This document shows, piece by piece, positions 25,402 to 38,023 of a DNA stretch of 64,000 nucleotides. The stretch comes from Octopus sinensis (taxonomy: Eukaryota). Where the stretch lies: the NCBI RefSeq assembly GCF_006345805.1, contig NC_042997.1, forward strand, positions 162,626,001 through 162,690,000, in the 5' to 3' direction. Within the stretch, counting starts at the first letter, position 1; every line of letters starts with the position of its first letter. A model generated the notes under the pieces. The model worked only from the letters and a program-made list of their open reading frames with translations, was not told the origin of the DNA and did not search any database. The position numbers and the translations under genes are program-made.

Positions 25402-26021
25402 GTGAGTATTTTGTTTGCTGATAAAAAGATTTATTTTTCACTTTGTAAATGTTAACTGAAAGAAGAAACGAAAACCTTAATCTGTTCAGGTTCAACATAG
25501 AACTTGATTGTTAACTTTATTATTATTATTTAAAAAATTTTTTTTTTTACTTCTGGTACTTAATCTAACACACGTAATTTAAAACTGGGTTGTTTTCTAT
25601 CGTTCGGCTATGTAAAAGAGAAAGCTATTGCGATAAAATAGTACTTTCTAAGAGTTACCTCCCTTAACATCTTTTCCTTGTTGTATCTTTCTCTTGTTCT
25701 TGAAAAAAATAAGGAACTCGCAGGCAAATATTTCCTTATATTTTGCTAGTCAATCTTCCACACATTATAATATTAAATGCTTTTCTGTGAATAAGTCTCA
25801 ACTAGTACTACATGAAATTTTTTATGTAAAATTATATGAGATCAAGTATAGTTTTTAAAACTTAATGTGCATATTCTTTTAAGTTCACGTAATTATTATT
25901 AGCCTTAAATCTTTTAAAATTAAGGCATCCTGACCTTTCTTGAAAATTATTTCCATGTCATTTTCCTTTCATAGAATCGGTTATTCATGTATATTTATAT
26001 ATATATTTTTTATTTTTGCAG

Positions 26022-26181
26022 ACGTTTATGTCCTGACTTGTTTTTTTTCCAAAAACCAACAGACTTTCCATGTGAGGAAATGGTTAATGCCAAAACCAAA
26101 GTAGAAACTCTACGGAAACGGGTTGAACAATGTGTGTTACAGTCAGAAACTGTTTCTCGTAACTGGTTAGGCATCACAAAT
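26022..26181 (+). CDS. TBC1D13: TBC1D13 exon RLCPDLFFFQKPTDFPCEEMVNAKTKVETLRKRVEQCVLQSETVSRNWLGITN
   Basis: gcag|A...AAT|gtaagt, 160 nt; ETLRKRVEQ is characteristic of TBC1D13; lies in ORF 25987-26241. Confidence 0.95.
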
Positions 26182-26402
26182 GTAAGTTGTGTAGTATCTA
26201 TTTGGAAATATACTTTATTTATATTTACCAGTGGAACTTGAAGAAGATAAAGGTATAAATGATAGTGTATAAATATTAAGTTAAAAATATCCTTGGCTAG
26301 CAAAAGTTGAAGAATTCCCATGAGAATTCCCACATCTTCTGTAAACATTTCACTTATACTGGCCATACCACATAACAGATATTTAATATTGTCATTAATA
26401 TA

Positions 26403-27138
26403 CAGGATAATTCAAAATGAATGGTCCACCATTACAGAGTGCACCTACTGTGGCATGCTGTCCATTTGGTTGTTGCCCCAGTTAAAAGAAGAGGTATCCG
26501 ACATCATTATGCAGCAAGATAGGGTCCCACCACATTTGTGTAGTCACATATGCAATTACCTCAACCAGCATCTTCCAAAGCGCTGGGTTGGCCATGCCGA
26601 GTTGATTTGCCATTGATGTCCCTCCCTCTGACCCCAGTCCCCTGACCTAACATTTTGCGACCTTTTCCTTTGAGGGTATCTGAAAGACAGGGTGTTCATT
26701 CCCCAACTTCCACATGATTACAGGAGTTAAAGCAGCGGTTAAGTGACACAGTTGACTCAGTTGATCAGGCTATGCTGACACAGGGGTGGTGAAAACTAGA
26801 CTATTATAAAGATGTCTGCTGTATGACAAAACGTGTCCATATTGAACATGTGTGACCATCAGTAGAAACTTGAAGAGTTAACCTTTCAATATTACATCTG
26901 TTATGTTTGCAATAAATTCATTACAACACTCACATGTATAGTGGTTGTATACTGTCAACTCAACGTGACAGTCCCGTAAAGGGAATCACGCCACCGTTAT
27001 TTAGCCCTAGGAAGCATCGACGCTTCCTGTTGGCTTTGACACATTTCCTGTGTCCTTATATTTGCAAAGGGAAGGCAAGCACCCCCTCCAGCTAGGATTA
27101 TGTTTTTTCTTTTGTACCATTCTTTTTGAATTACCCTG
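26403..27138 (+). mobile_element. Internally deleted Tc1/mariner (rosa/DD41D-like) element
   Basis: ta|CAGGATAATTCAAAATGAATGG ... CCATTCTTTTTGAATTACCCTG|ta; MQQDRVPPH, RWVG, SPDLTFCDLFL*GYLK. Confidence 0.85.
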
Positions 27139-27238
27139 TACATTTTTGTTAGTTTGATTTGCTAACCCAGTTACAAATGTTTCGCTTCTATCAAGACTTT
27201 ATATGAATGAATTGTCATTGTGTAATATCCTCTTACAG

Positions 27239-27370
27239 ATGATGTCTAGTCGGAAGAAATCCCAGGAAGAATATTCTGTCTTATCAGAAGGAAAAGAAGC
27301 CCATTGGGAAGTTGTTGAACGTATTCTCTTCATTTATGCTAAGCTCAATCCTGGCTTAGGATATATACAA
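27239..27370 (+). CDS. TBC1D13: TBC1D13 exon MMSSRKKSQEEYSVLSEGKEAHWEVVERILFIYAKLNPGLGYIQ (glutamine finger YxQ)
   Basis: acag|ATG...CAA|gttagt, 132 nt; EAHWEVVERILFIYAKLNPG motif. Confidence 0.95.
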
Positions 27371-27488
27371 GTTAGTTACTGCTATTTCTATCCTTAAGTT
27401 CCTGATTTTTGAAGACTTCTATTTGTTCTTTACAAATATTGTTTCTTTTTGTGTGATTTATATTGACACAACTGATTTTTTTTTTCAG

Positions 27489-27555
27489 GGAATGAATGAA
27501 ATTCTTGGCCCTATCTATTACACATTTGTGAATGATCCTGATTTAAAGTGCAGGG
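27489..27555 (+). CDS. TBC1D13: TBC1D13 exon GMNEILGPIYYTFVNDPDLKCR(E)
   Basis: ttcag|GGA...G|gttagt, 67 nt; QGMNE motif completed across the junction. Confidence 0.95.
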
Positions 27556-29007
27556 GTTAGTATTCTTGTTGCATACATATTCAAGGGGATGCTAAAAGCT
27601 CCTGGCTTTGGGTAAAAGAGAATACAAGAGGATTAGTTAACTACGATTTTATTCAACATATTCCCCTCTCAGACTCACCCACTTATTGCAGCAGTCCTTC
27701 AGTTTTCTAAGCCCTGTGAAAGAACTCGGTAGGTTGGGCCTCCAGCCAGGCCTTTCACAACACCCTTCAAGCCAGGGACTTTTCAGCACCCCCTTGTATA
27801 GTCATTATATGCATAACCTACATATGTACCATTTTGTATGTTGTGTTTTGATAATCTTTTGTTTTCCTGTTATTAACATATTACTTTACAGATATATGTT
27901 TCATTCTGTCCCTAGTTAAGATATTTCATTCCTTGGTAGTCAAAAATATAATTGCTTAAATGGTTCAGACATGGCTGTGTGGTTAAAGGTTTGCTTCCCA
28001 ACTGCATGGTTTAAGGTTCCTTCCCATTGCATGGTAGCTTGGGTAAATATCTTCTACGATAGCCCTGAGCTAATTAAAACCTTGTGAGTGAATTTGGTTG
28101 GCAGAAACAGAAAGAAGCTCATCATGTGTCTGTATATTTGTTACTGTGTCCTTGTATTGACATGATTTTGTAAACAAGTTTTACCTTCATACAAGTGGTG
28201 TCTTTTCTAATCTTTTGTGAAAATGTCTGGTCTTAGGGAAATATTATCTTACTTGGAAACAGGTAAAGGTTGGCAATAGGAAGGGCATCCAGCTGTGAAA
28301 CACTGCCTCAACAAATTTTATCTGACCCATGTCAACATAGAAAAGTGGATGTTAAAACAGTGATACTGATGAATAGGTGGCCAAATATCTCCTCTATTAT
28401 ATGACAACTATTCCTGTCCCCCTATCATAATCTGTCCTCTTGCCTGGCACACAGCCATTTCCCTTGGGTCTATTCCCTCGCTCAACCAAGCTGTCTTCAC
28501 CTTATAAGTTATCTGGCAACCCTGCTGGAGCTGGTGTCGTATAAAAATGCCAACGCCATTATCACATAAGAAGCACCCATGCTGGTGCTACATAAAAAAG
28601 CACCTGTGCCAGTATTATACTTTGTAAAATGGTTGGATTTAGGAAGGGCCCCAGCCATAGAAACCATGCCAAAACAGATAACTGGAGATCCTGTCAAACT
28701 GTCCAGCTCATGCCAGCATGGGTAACCAATGTTAAATGACAATCCTGATCATGATTCAATTTCAAGACATTTTCAGCTGATTTTCAGGCCCTGTTTTATG
28801 TTAAAGATTATCCTACTCCTTCTAAATTAGACTGTTAGATTAACAACTTCAGCTTCTCTGAAATTCTTCATACAAATATTTAAAAAAGAAAATATTGAAG
28901 TAAGTATTACATATGTTATATCATTATTATGTAATATTTCAAAATAGTATTTCTTGATTATTTGAATTTCTTATATATATCTATATGTTTTTTTTTTTTT
29001 TTTTCAG

Positions 29008-29106
29008 AATTTGCAGAGGCTGATTCTTTTTTCTGTTTTACTAATCTGATGTCAGAAATCCGAGATAACTTTAACAAAACAATGGATGATTCTGATTTTG
29101 GAATTG
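29008..29106 (+). CDS. TBC1D13: TBC1D13 exon FAEADSFFCFTNLMSEIRDNFNKTMDDSDFGI(G)
   Basis: poly-T cag|AA...G|gttagt, 99 nt; EADxFFCF TBC motif. Confidence 0.95.
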
Positions 29107-29196
29107 GTTAGTATGTAATTAAACTTGACTTATCCTAAGAACGAATCAATATAATTTAGTACAATGCAATATGAGGTTTATTTATCTTTGTTTCAG

Positions 29197-29340
29197 GAAG
29201 CATGATGAAGCAGCTTATGCAGATGTTAAAAGAGAAGGACCCTGCATGTGCTCGGAAGCTAGAAGAACAAGAATTAAAACCTCAGTATTATGCTTTTCGA
29301 TACCTCACCTTGCTATTATCTCAAGAGTTTCCTCTACCAG
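29197..29340 (+). CDS. TBC1D13: TBC1D13 exon SMMKQLMQMLKEKDPACARKLEEQELKPQYYAFRYLTLLLSQEFPLP
   Basis: tttcag|GA...G|gtaaac, 144 nt; AFRxLTLLLSQEF motif. Confidence 0.95.
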
Positions 29341-29821
29341 GTAAACAATTTTTTATCCAATTTTACTTTACTTATACTCACACACACACACTTACACATG
29401 TGTACAATCATACAAATACATACACAGCTTTGGCATAGTTTCTAGGAAGAGCATCCAACTTTAAAAAATTATGCCATTGCTGACATTGGAGCTTGACATG
29501 GCCCTGGGGCTTGTCAAGACCTGTTAAACCAACCAAGTTAAACCATGCCAGTATGAAAACTGATTATATGATGATGATTGCTATGCGCAGGTGTAGATGT
29601 GTGTATTCTATAATTCTTTTACTTGTTTCAGTCATTTGACTGCGGCCATGCTGGAGCACTGTCTTGAAGGTTTTTAGTTGAATAAATTGACCCCAGAACT
29701 TATTTTTTAAACTTCATACTTATTCTAGCTGTTGCTCTTACTAAACTGCTAAATTTTGGGGACATTAACAGACTAATACCAGTTGTCAAGTGATGATGGG
29801 AACACAAACATAAACACAAAG

Positions 29822-29857
<36 letters not shown>

Positions 29858-32209
29858 AAGGCTTCTTTAAGTCTCTGTCTATCAAACCCACTCACAAGGC
29901 TTTGGTCGGCCGGAGGATTTGGTCGGCCGGAGGCTTTGGTCGGCCGGAGGCTTTGGTGGAAAACAGAATTTACTTTTATCTCTTGACTATATTTCACCTT
30001 AAAAATTGAACAGTATGATGTAGAAATATTCATTACTTTGATTTTTTTTCTTGTAATGTTGTTACCTCATACATACAAATTGGTACTGTCAGTCTACAAA
30101 CAATGCTAAATCTAGAGATAATGTTTGGGTTATTTCAATTATCTTTCATCAGGCAAAATATTTGTGTTTATTGATATGTATATACCTACTAGCATGCTTA
30201 TTTACATATGGACAGGCTTAAATGTGTGTATGTATGTGTATGCATTCATATGATTCTCTATGTTTACAATGCCTATGAGTGAGTGGGAATAGTAAACATA
30301 TAAATTATATTACAAATATACATTGATAAATATATTTCTGTTTAGATTTTTATATGCAAGCATGACTGTATGGTTAAATGTTCCCTACTATAACCTTAGG
30401 CCACTCAATGCCTTGTGAATGAATTTGGTTAATGGAAATTGTGTGGAAGCCCATTGTGTGTGTGTTTCTATCCCCCTCCCACTGTTTGATAAGTGGTGTT
30501 GCTTTGTTTACATCCCCATAACTCAGCAATTGAGACTTCGAAAAATAAGTACTGGTTGACTATTTGGTTGACTAAAAAAAACCTTAAAGGCAGTACCCCA
30601 GGATAGCTGCTGTCCAATGACTGAAACAAGTAAAAGAAAAAGAAATTGGATACTCAGATAAGATGCTGAATTAGCAGAGATGTCATAGACTATCTTGTAG
30701 TATCTGTTATGGTGTTGTGTGACCTGGATGAAAAATGATTCTGTCACCTTTAACACCATCACCTTGCCCTCGTATACTAAGTCATGGCACATGCTGAACC
30801 TCAACTTAATATACAGTAGTGTTACTCCAGACAATTCGATAGAGCTACTAGATTAAACTCTCTGTGTCTCTTGGGCACTAACTCATGTTTGTAAATCATT
30901 ATCCAGTATGCCATTCCTTTCTTCAGAAAAGTTTGCTGCTATTTATAGTATGTGAAGCAATTACATAGAAGCTTCTTCTTTGTTGGCCTGTATATATTTT
31001 GTGTAATTGAAAGTTCAAATTATTAATGTGTTTCAATCATGTCATGTATGCTCTGTGTGTGTGTGCGCATGCAAACTTTCTGTTAGTAATCACTAAGGGA
31101 ACAAACTCTAACTGGAACTCCAGTACAAAGCTTTTATGATAGGAAGCTATAAATCTTCATCTTTCTGTGAGCTTCTGTAACTAAGCCAGCATTAAATGTG
31201 TCCACTATCCCTCTCATCTGTTTGTGGACTTTAAGAACATTATGCCATGTGTTTAGACTTGTGGCAGAGAAATATAACTTAATGTTTTTGTACAAAGTGA
31301 GAGCACTTCAACACTGCTATGATTGTCTTTCAAGACAGACAAATGCCATGGTTGTACAAATTGTATATATTTCCAAACTTATATATCTTGGATCTCCCAT
31401 CTGCAATTTCTTGCTGATCAACCACACAGATCATCATCATCATCATCATTATCGTTTAACGTCTGCTTTCCATGCTAGCATGGGTTGGACGATTTGACTG
31501 AGGACTGGTAAACCAAATGGCTGCACCAGGCTCCAATCTGATCTGATAGAGTTTCTACAACTGGATGCCCTTCCTAACGCCAACCACTCTGAGAGTGTAG
31601 TGGGTACTTTTATGTGCCACCGGCACAAGGGCCAGTCAGGCGGTACTGGCAACGGCCACTCTCAAATGGTGTTTTTTACGTGCCACTTGCACAGGAGCCA
31701 GTCCAGCGGCACTGGCAATGACCTCGTTTGAATGTTTTCCATGTGCCACCGGCACAAGTGCTAGTAAGGCAATGCTGGTAACGATGATTTGATTATAGTG
31801 ATCAAATGTTTATGCTACACATTAACTCACTCCTACCATCAATTTGACATTACCTGTACAGGTGGACAAGATGAAATGATAGCAGAACATGAAATGAAGT
31901 ATTTTGCTAAAAACACAATATAATACTCACTCTGGGAATTGAAAATATGATCTTGCAATCATGAGTGAAACACCTTCACCACTAAGTGATACACCTTCAC
32001 TGATACATATATATCTATATATTTGTACATATATTATCAATAGTTCATATATCTGAAAAAGAAGCACGGTGTAAAACATTAGGATGAAGTAGAGAGGTTT
32101 TGTGCCTACAGTCATTTGCACCTGATGAGTCACCTATACAGCTAAGCGCTTCACAGGTGTGAAACCAATGGTTGCTCTCTGACCAGTTATAACAATTGAC
32201 TTCCTCAAA

Positions 32210-32284
<75 letters not shown>

Positions 32285-32432
32285 TGTATGTATGTATATA
32301 TATATATATTATATATATATATATGTATATATATGTATGTATGTATATGTGTATATATATATATATATGTATATGTATATATATGTATGTATGTATATGT
32401 ATATATATATATATGTATGTGTATGTATGTAT

Positions 32433-32466
<34 letters not shown>

Positions 32467-32476
32467 GTATATGTAT

Positions 32477-32510
<34 letters not shown>

Positions 32511-32520
32511 GTATATGTAT

Positions 32521-32554
<34 letters not shown>

Positions 32555-32562
32555 GTATATGT

Positions 32563-32598
<36 letters not shown>

Positions 32599-32602
32599 GT
32601 AT

Positions 32603-32636
<34 letters not shown>

Positions 32637-32665
32637 GTATATGTGTATATATATATATATATGCA
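32210..32665. repeat. Compound (TA)n/(TATG)n microsatellite with higher-order periodicity
   Basis: ~455 bp almost entirely T/A/G; source of six artefactual ORFs. Confidence 0.97.
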
Positions 32666-35400
32666 TACACAGACATGTTCTTCAATCATTTCATCAAAGG
32701 ATGTAAATCTGTCAACACTGTCTGTGAATTGTTTTATTGCTTTGCTTTCCTCTCATGCTCATGTCTGTCTAATTTTTTTGTTTTTCTTTTCTTTGATTCA
32801 GTTACTATTTTAATCATCTTTATTCACATTTTGTCTTTGCTTTGTTCTAACTCAACATTCTGAAAAATATAATAAAACATGATCATCCTGTAAATTTTGA
32901 TTTTATGAAATCAGAAAAAAAAAAGAAAGAAAAAAAAAACTGTTACTTTGCATACTTTATGTATTATTTTCTGTTTGAGAGTGGCTACTTAGGTTTTCAC
33001 AGACAGATTTGTATCTTGTGTGTGTGTGTGTTTGAAATTCTTTGTAATCATCTCTTTATTTTCACTTGTCACAGCATGGCAATAATAACATGCAATAAAT
33101 TTCTAGAAGATTTTTGAAAATAATCAGTCTGATGGAAGGAAAAGAAAGAAAAATCCTTTCAACCAAAAGTGGGAAGATAATTTGATAAGCAGCCATAGTA
33201 TCAATGATTTTAACAAAATGTAAAAAAAAAAAAAAACAGATATAAAGAGATAAATACTAAAATGTTTAGTCATAAATGAGAGATTACAAAGCCATAACAT
33301 TGTATTTGTCACTGGTATTTGAAAAGAAATATCGATGCTATGAAATATTGTATGAAAAAATAACAGGTATTATTGGAATGAAATGATTTGAATGTGATAT
33401 CAAGAACATAGTTGTTGTTTTTCAGACTATACCTTGTTTTGCATAGATGAAAAGGGAAGGATGGGAAAATTGCCTGATACTTTTGAAAACAGAAACCTGT
33501 TAGAATTGTAAACGTGTTAGATAATTTAGAAAAAGAAATCAATTTGATAAATTTCATTGAAGTCATTCACACATTTAAACAAATTTTAATGATGTGGGAG
33601 AATGAGATTTTTGAGATTGTAAATATAATTTTCTTGATGGGGCATGCTTAATGCAAATGTCAATAACATGAAATTATAATTAAAAAGGGAAAAACTTTAA
33701 AATGACATCAAGTGGTTCTGGATACATTGGAATTGAAGAGAATGAAATAGTGAAATGACAAAGTTGATATGGAATAAGTTAATTCTGTGTCTGTGTCTCA
33801 TGTTCTTTAAACTGTTATCAAAATAGTAAATAGGAATGTAACAGGTGAAGCTCTAAAGGATTCTTTTTGGACTTGATGTATGAATTTATTAAATTGATGG
33901 ATTAAGTTTATCATTATTTTCTTATTGTACAATAGACGGAAACTAAAACAGCACAAAAGGCTTGCTGTCTGAAGTTTTGTTGTGTATAAAACCTGACCTA
34001 ATTTGCTATTAAATATAATTATATGTTCATCATATCTTTTATCTTTCACTTGCTCTAGTTATTAGACTGCATTCATGCTAGTGCACCGCCTTGAATGGAA
34101 TCCAGTACAACCTGTTGCATGGTCAGGTCATTGCTAACTAAACCAGCATCCCCACCAGGCTAGCCTGGTGAGAACTAAAAGCAAGACGTCAAAAGGACGG
34201 ATGAACCCATTGTAGGTTCGAGAACTATCTAGTAATAGCATGGGCACTCAGAAATACTTGGTTGGTTTCTTGCATGCTGGAAACCACTGAGAGTGAGGCA
34301 CCCCTTAGCTTTTGTTAAGCAGGTCTCCAGGAGAAGGTTACTTCGATATAAAACTGGATAGGCATGAATCCTCAAAACTGGACATTTGAGGATTTTTTGC
34401 TTGCACTTGAAACCATGGCACTCCTACATTCCTGAACCTGTGATCCATATCAGCACCAGATACTTTGCCTCAGTTTGTGTGTGGATCATGTTGATAGGGT
34501 GGAGAGGGTCTATGAGGTGTTGTGCACGTAATGGTCATACTCATTTATGAGTTGACAACCATCAAATATATACATATATATATACACACAAACACACATG
34601 CACAAGATAAAAAAAGTGATGTGGTATTTTGAATTGGCAACTTCAGTCATAATGAATTATTCATTTGCTGATCACACAACCATGGATGCTACCCCTATGG
34701 ATATGGTTAAGAACCTACATTTTTTCCTTCTTATATAATCAAAATTATAATGTTGCACATTCTAGATTAGACTTGCATTCATTGAAAAGCAGTTAATTAC
34801 CACTTTGTGTAACAAAACAGAAATTAGTTAAATGTAAATCAAGAACTCTCCAGAAAATTATTAAGTAGTTCACCTTATATATTTATTGTACTTCCATGAT
34901 ATTTCTGGATAATCATTTTAGTTCAGAAAAATGAAAACCAAAGCAATTGATCCAATTTCAGTTCAAACTTGTAGCTGTTTAGTAAGATGAGATATTACAA
35001 AATTATATTGTTTCCTCTGAATTTACATACACACAAGTGCATGTGCACGTGCACACACACACAGGTATAGGAGTGGCTATAGGCGTAGGAGTGGCTGTGT
35101 GGTAAGTAGCTTGCTTATGAACCACACGGTTCCAGGTTCAGTCCCACTGCGTGGCACCTTGGGCAAGTGTCTTCTGCTATAGCCTTGGGCCGACCAAAGC
35201 CTTGTGAGTGGATTTGGTAGACAGAAACTGAAAGAAGCCCGTCATGTATATGTATATATATATGTGTGTATGTATATATATGTGTGTATGACAACCGATG
35301 CTGGTGTGTTTACGTCCCCATAACTTAGCGGTTCAGCAAAAGAGACCGATAGAATAAGTACTAGGCTTACAAAGAATAAGTCCTGGGGGCGATTTGCTCA

Positions 35401-35865
35401 CCAGCAGAGGTAGGAGATCTCTGAAATTTGCCCTGGCTATTCTTATTCTAGCAGCTACACTTTCAGAGCATCCACTCTCACTACTGACTTGGTCACCTAC
35501 TATCAACTACTTCTAGTTTTTCTCCCTGGAATATGACAGAAGCTGTTCTCTGCACATTTTCAGTATTTATTGCTCCTGAGCATTTGCCACATACAAAAAC
35601 TATCTCTCCAGTTAGCCTTCCTTTGATATTGCTGCACCTTTTATGTGTCCATAGCTTACTCTGGGTACATCTTATAGAGTTTCTACCTATGCCTTTTCTA
35701 CAGATTGAGCAAGACCATCTACCTGAAGGGATTTGTGGTTTGTCTGCCTTCCTACTTATTAAGACTTTGGTTTTTGGTAGGTTGACTCTGAGGTCCTTCA
35801 ATTCTAGACCTTGCTTCCACACCTGAAACTTCTCCTCTAGTTCTGATAGTAACTCAGTTATTTCC
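35401..35865 (-). mobile_element. RTE-clade LINE fragment (RT C-terminal region with Cys-rich insertion)
   Basis: WKQGLELKDLRVNLPKTKVL, CSICRKG...CTQ..WTHKRCS, EKLEVVDS. Confidence 0.85.
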
Positions 35866-35999
35866 CCACTTCCATTTAGGGTTTATCTCCTATGTAATAT
35901 AGTGATTATGTAGCACATAAAAATGATGGTGTAGTGTATGCTGGTTGAAGGCTCTTGTATATTTATGAATTCTGCCAAATGCAAGCTTTCTTTTCAGAT

Positions 36000-36325
36000 A
36001 CATAACACTGCTGCCCCCATCGCAGGGTTTCACGGGCCCACACCTCCCACACCCTCAAGGTCGGCACACTGAAAGGTAGTTCTGGTGAGATTGTTGAGAT
36101 GCTTGAACGGAGACGTGTAGATTTGTGCTGCATCCAAGAAGTAAGGCGGAGAGGAGGTTCTGCTAGGTTCCTCCCAGTCAAAGAACAAACTTATAAGATT
36201 TTCTGGGCAGGGAACACTGACAGGGTCGGAGGCATGGGTATACTTCTTATGGAGAAATGGGTTGATAAGGTAATCGAGGTAGTCAGAGTCTGTGATAGAA
36301 TACCTAAGATTAGATTAGTGCTGCA
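36000..36325 (+). mobile_element. RTE-clade LINE fragment (AP endonuclease N-terminus)
   Basis: VGTLKG..EIVEMLERRRVDLCCIQEVR..YKIFWAG..GMGIL. Confidence 0.85.
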
Positions 36326-37329
36326 AAGAGAAAAAAAAAATGTAGAGAAAAGAAAAGCTTTCATAATGCAAAATCAAAGTGATGACCCAAGTACTTTGTA
36401 AATATTGATTTTATTTTCACATTACTAGTTTGTATTAATATATCATGAATATATGGTTATGATGAAAAAATTATACTCAACAATAGCTAACATGTTAGAA
36501 AATTTCAGTATGATATGAAACTTAATGATTCTGTGGTATGTGTACTCTTTCACCCATTTGCACATTTGAATCTACACACACACATCCACTTACACACATG
36601 TATATAGATATTTGAAATATATATTTGAAATTTTGTACGTATTTCACAGGAGTCTTATGGTTGCATAATTTCATCTTCTTTCCTACAATATACCTAATAT
36701 CATTTTAGCAGTAGAAAAAAAAGATCTTGCTTAAGGATACAGATTATTATCACAGAGATGTGATTATTAAATCCATGAGCCAAGTGTGTGGTAACATTTG
36801 ATGCATAAAAAACATTTCTCAACACTGTCACATGCACTGATGTAACACTGAAAGCAACTAATTGTAGGCTATGGAGTGTCCTCAGCTTGAATATGATGCT
36901 AATTGTTATAATCCATTACTTAGCTAACTTAATTATTACTAGAATGGGTACCGGTGAAAATATTCTTTGAAGTCTGAAGTTGAATAAGTTAATAGAAATT
37001 CAAGTAAATCTTAGTAACAAAAGTGTTTTCACTTGTAGAATGTGTGGAGTGCATGTTTGGTTTGCTTAGGTCAGGTGTGGGCAATCTGCAGCGCTCAGTC
37101 TGTGTTTCTCTTTGTCTGGCTTATGCAATATTTTGATTGTGTAAACATAATAATTTCAAACTAAAATGTTTTAATATAATATTTAGGTTCAACTCTATTT
37201 ATTTCATTTTGTTATTCCCCCAAACTCCGTTTTTTTTAAGACTTATTCACTGTTTCCTGTGCATATTCTATACAGCTTTGGTTACTTTTTCTGATGAATT
37301 GTAGTGCACCTGAACACTATACAATAAGT

Positions 37330-37366
<37 letters not shown>

Positions 37367-37537
37367 CTTAATTTTGTTTTTTTTTACATTAGCACAAGTA
37401 TGCTTGTGAAGTTTGATTTGCAACCACATGGTTTCAGGTTCAGTCCCCCTCAGGGATTCTTGGGCAAATATTTTCTACTATTGTCCTGATCCAGCCAACA
37501 CCTTTTGAATTAATTTGGTAGATGAAAATTGTATTAA

Positions 37538-37757
37538 CCCTTTTGTTACTGTATTTATTTTGAGATGCTTTATGTTTCTTTCAATGACATTAAATATAAC
37601 AAAGAATTTAGTAAAATAACTTAGTTATCATTCAGCTAGTGTTAGGAACATAAATTGTGACTAAGGTTTGGTGGAAGATTTTAATTCAGAACTTATGAAA
37701 ACAAGACATTTGTACTGAGAGCCAGAGCTGGTTTCAGCTGGGTTGGTAACAAAAGGG
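37538..37757. mobile_element. piggyBac-type MITE
   Basis: ttaa|CCCTTTTGTTAC ... GTAACAAAAGGG|ttaa; a related CCCTTTAGC family is at ~24537-24738 and ~53170-53385. Confidence 0.85.
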
Positions 37758-37770
37758 TTAAGCCCACCAA

Positions 37771-37811
<41 letters not shown>

Positions 37812-37815
<4 letters not shown>

Positions 37816-38023
37816 GTCTGCCAAAAAAATGTATACACACTTCAAGAATGGAAACATTTGTATAAATATTTAACTTTTATAATTACCTCTATAAATATAA
37901 ATATTTCTTTTGATGTTTTATCAAATTATGATAATACTGAATAAATTGCAATTACACTGAATTAAAATATTTCTCCAGATTTTTCCTTTCCCGAAATGTA
38001 TATACATTTTTTGGCAGATTCTG
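37812..38023. mobile_element. Tc1/mariner-type MITE
   Basis: ta|CAGAGTCTGCCAAAAAAATGTATA ... TATACATTTTTTGGCAGATTCTG|ta. Confidence 0.85.

Noticed and set aside
32134-32863. Long Y/I/M/H-rich ORFs (also 62597-63140, 58441-58938 and similar)
   Set aside because: Translations of microsatellites, not genes
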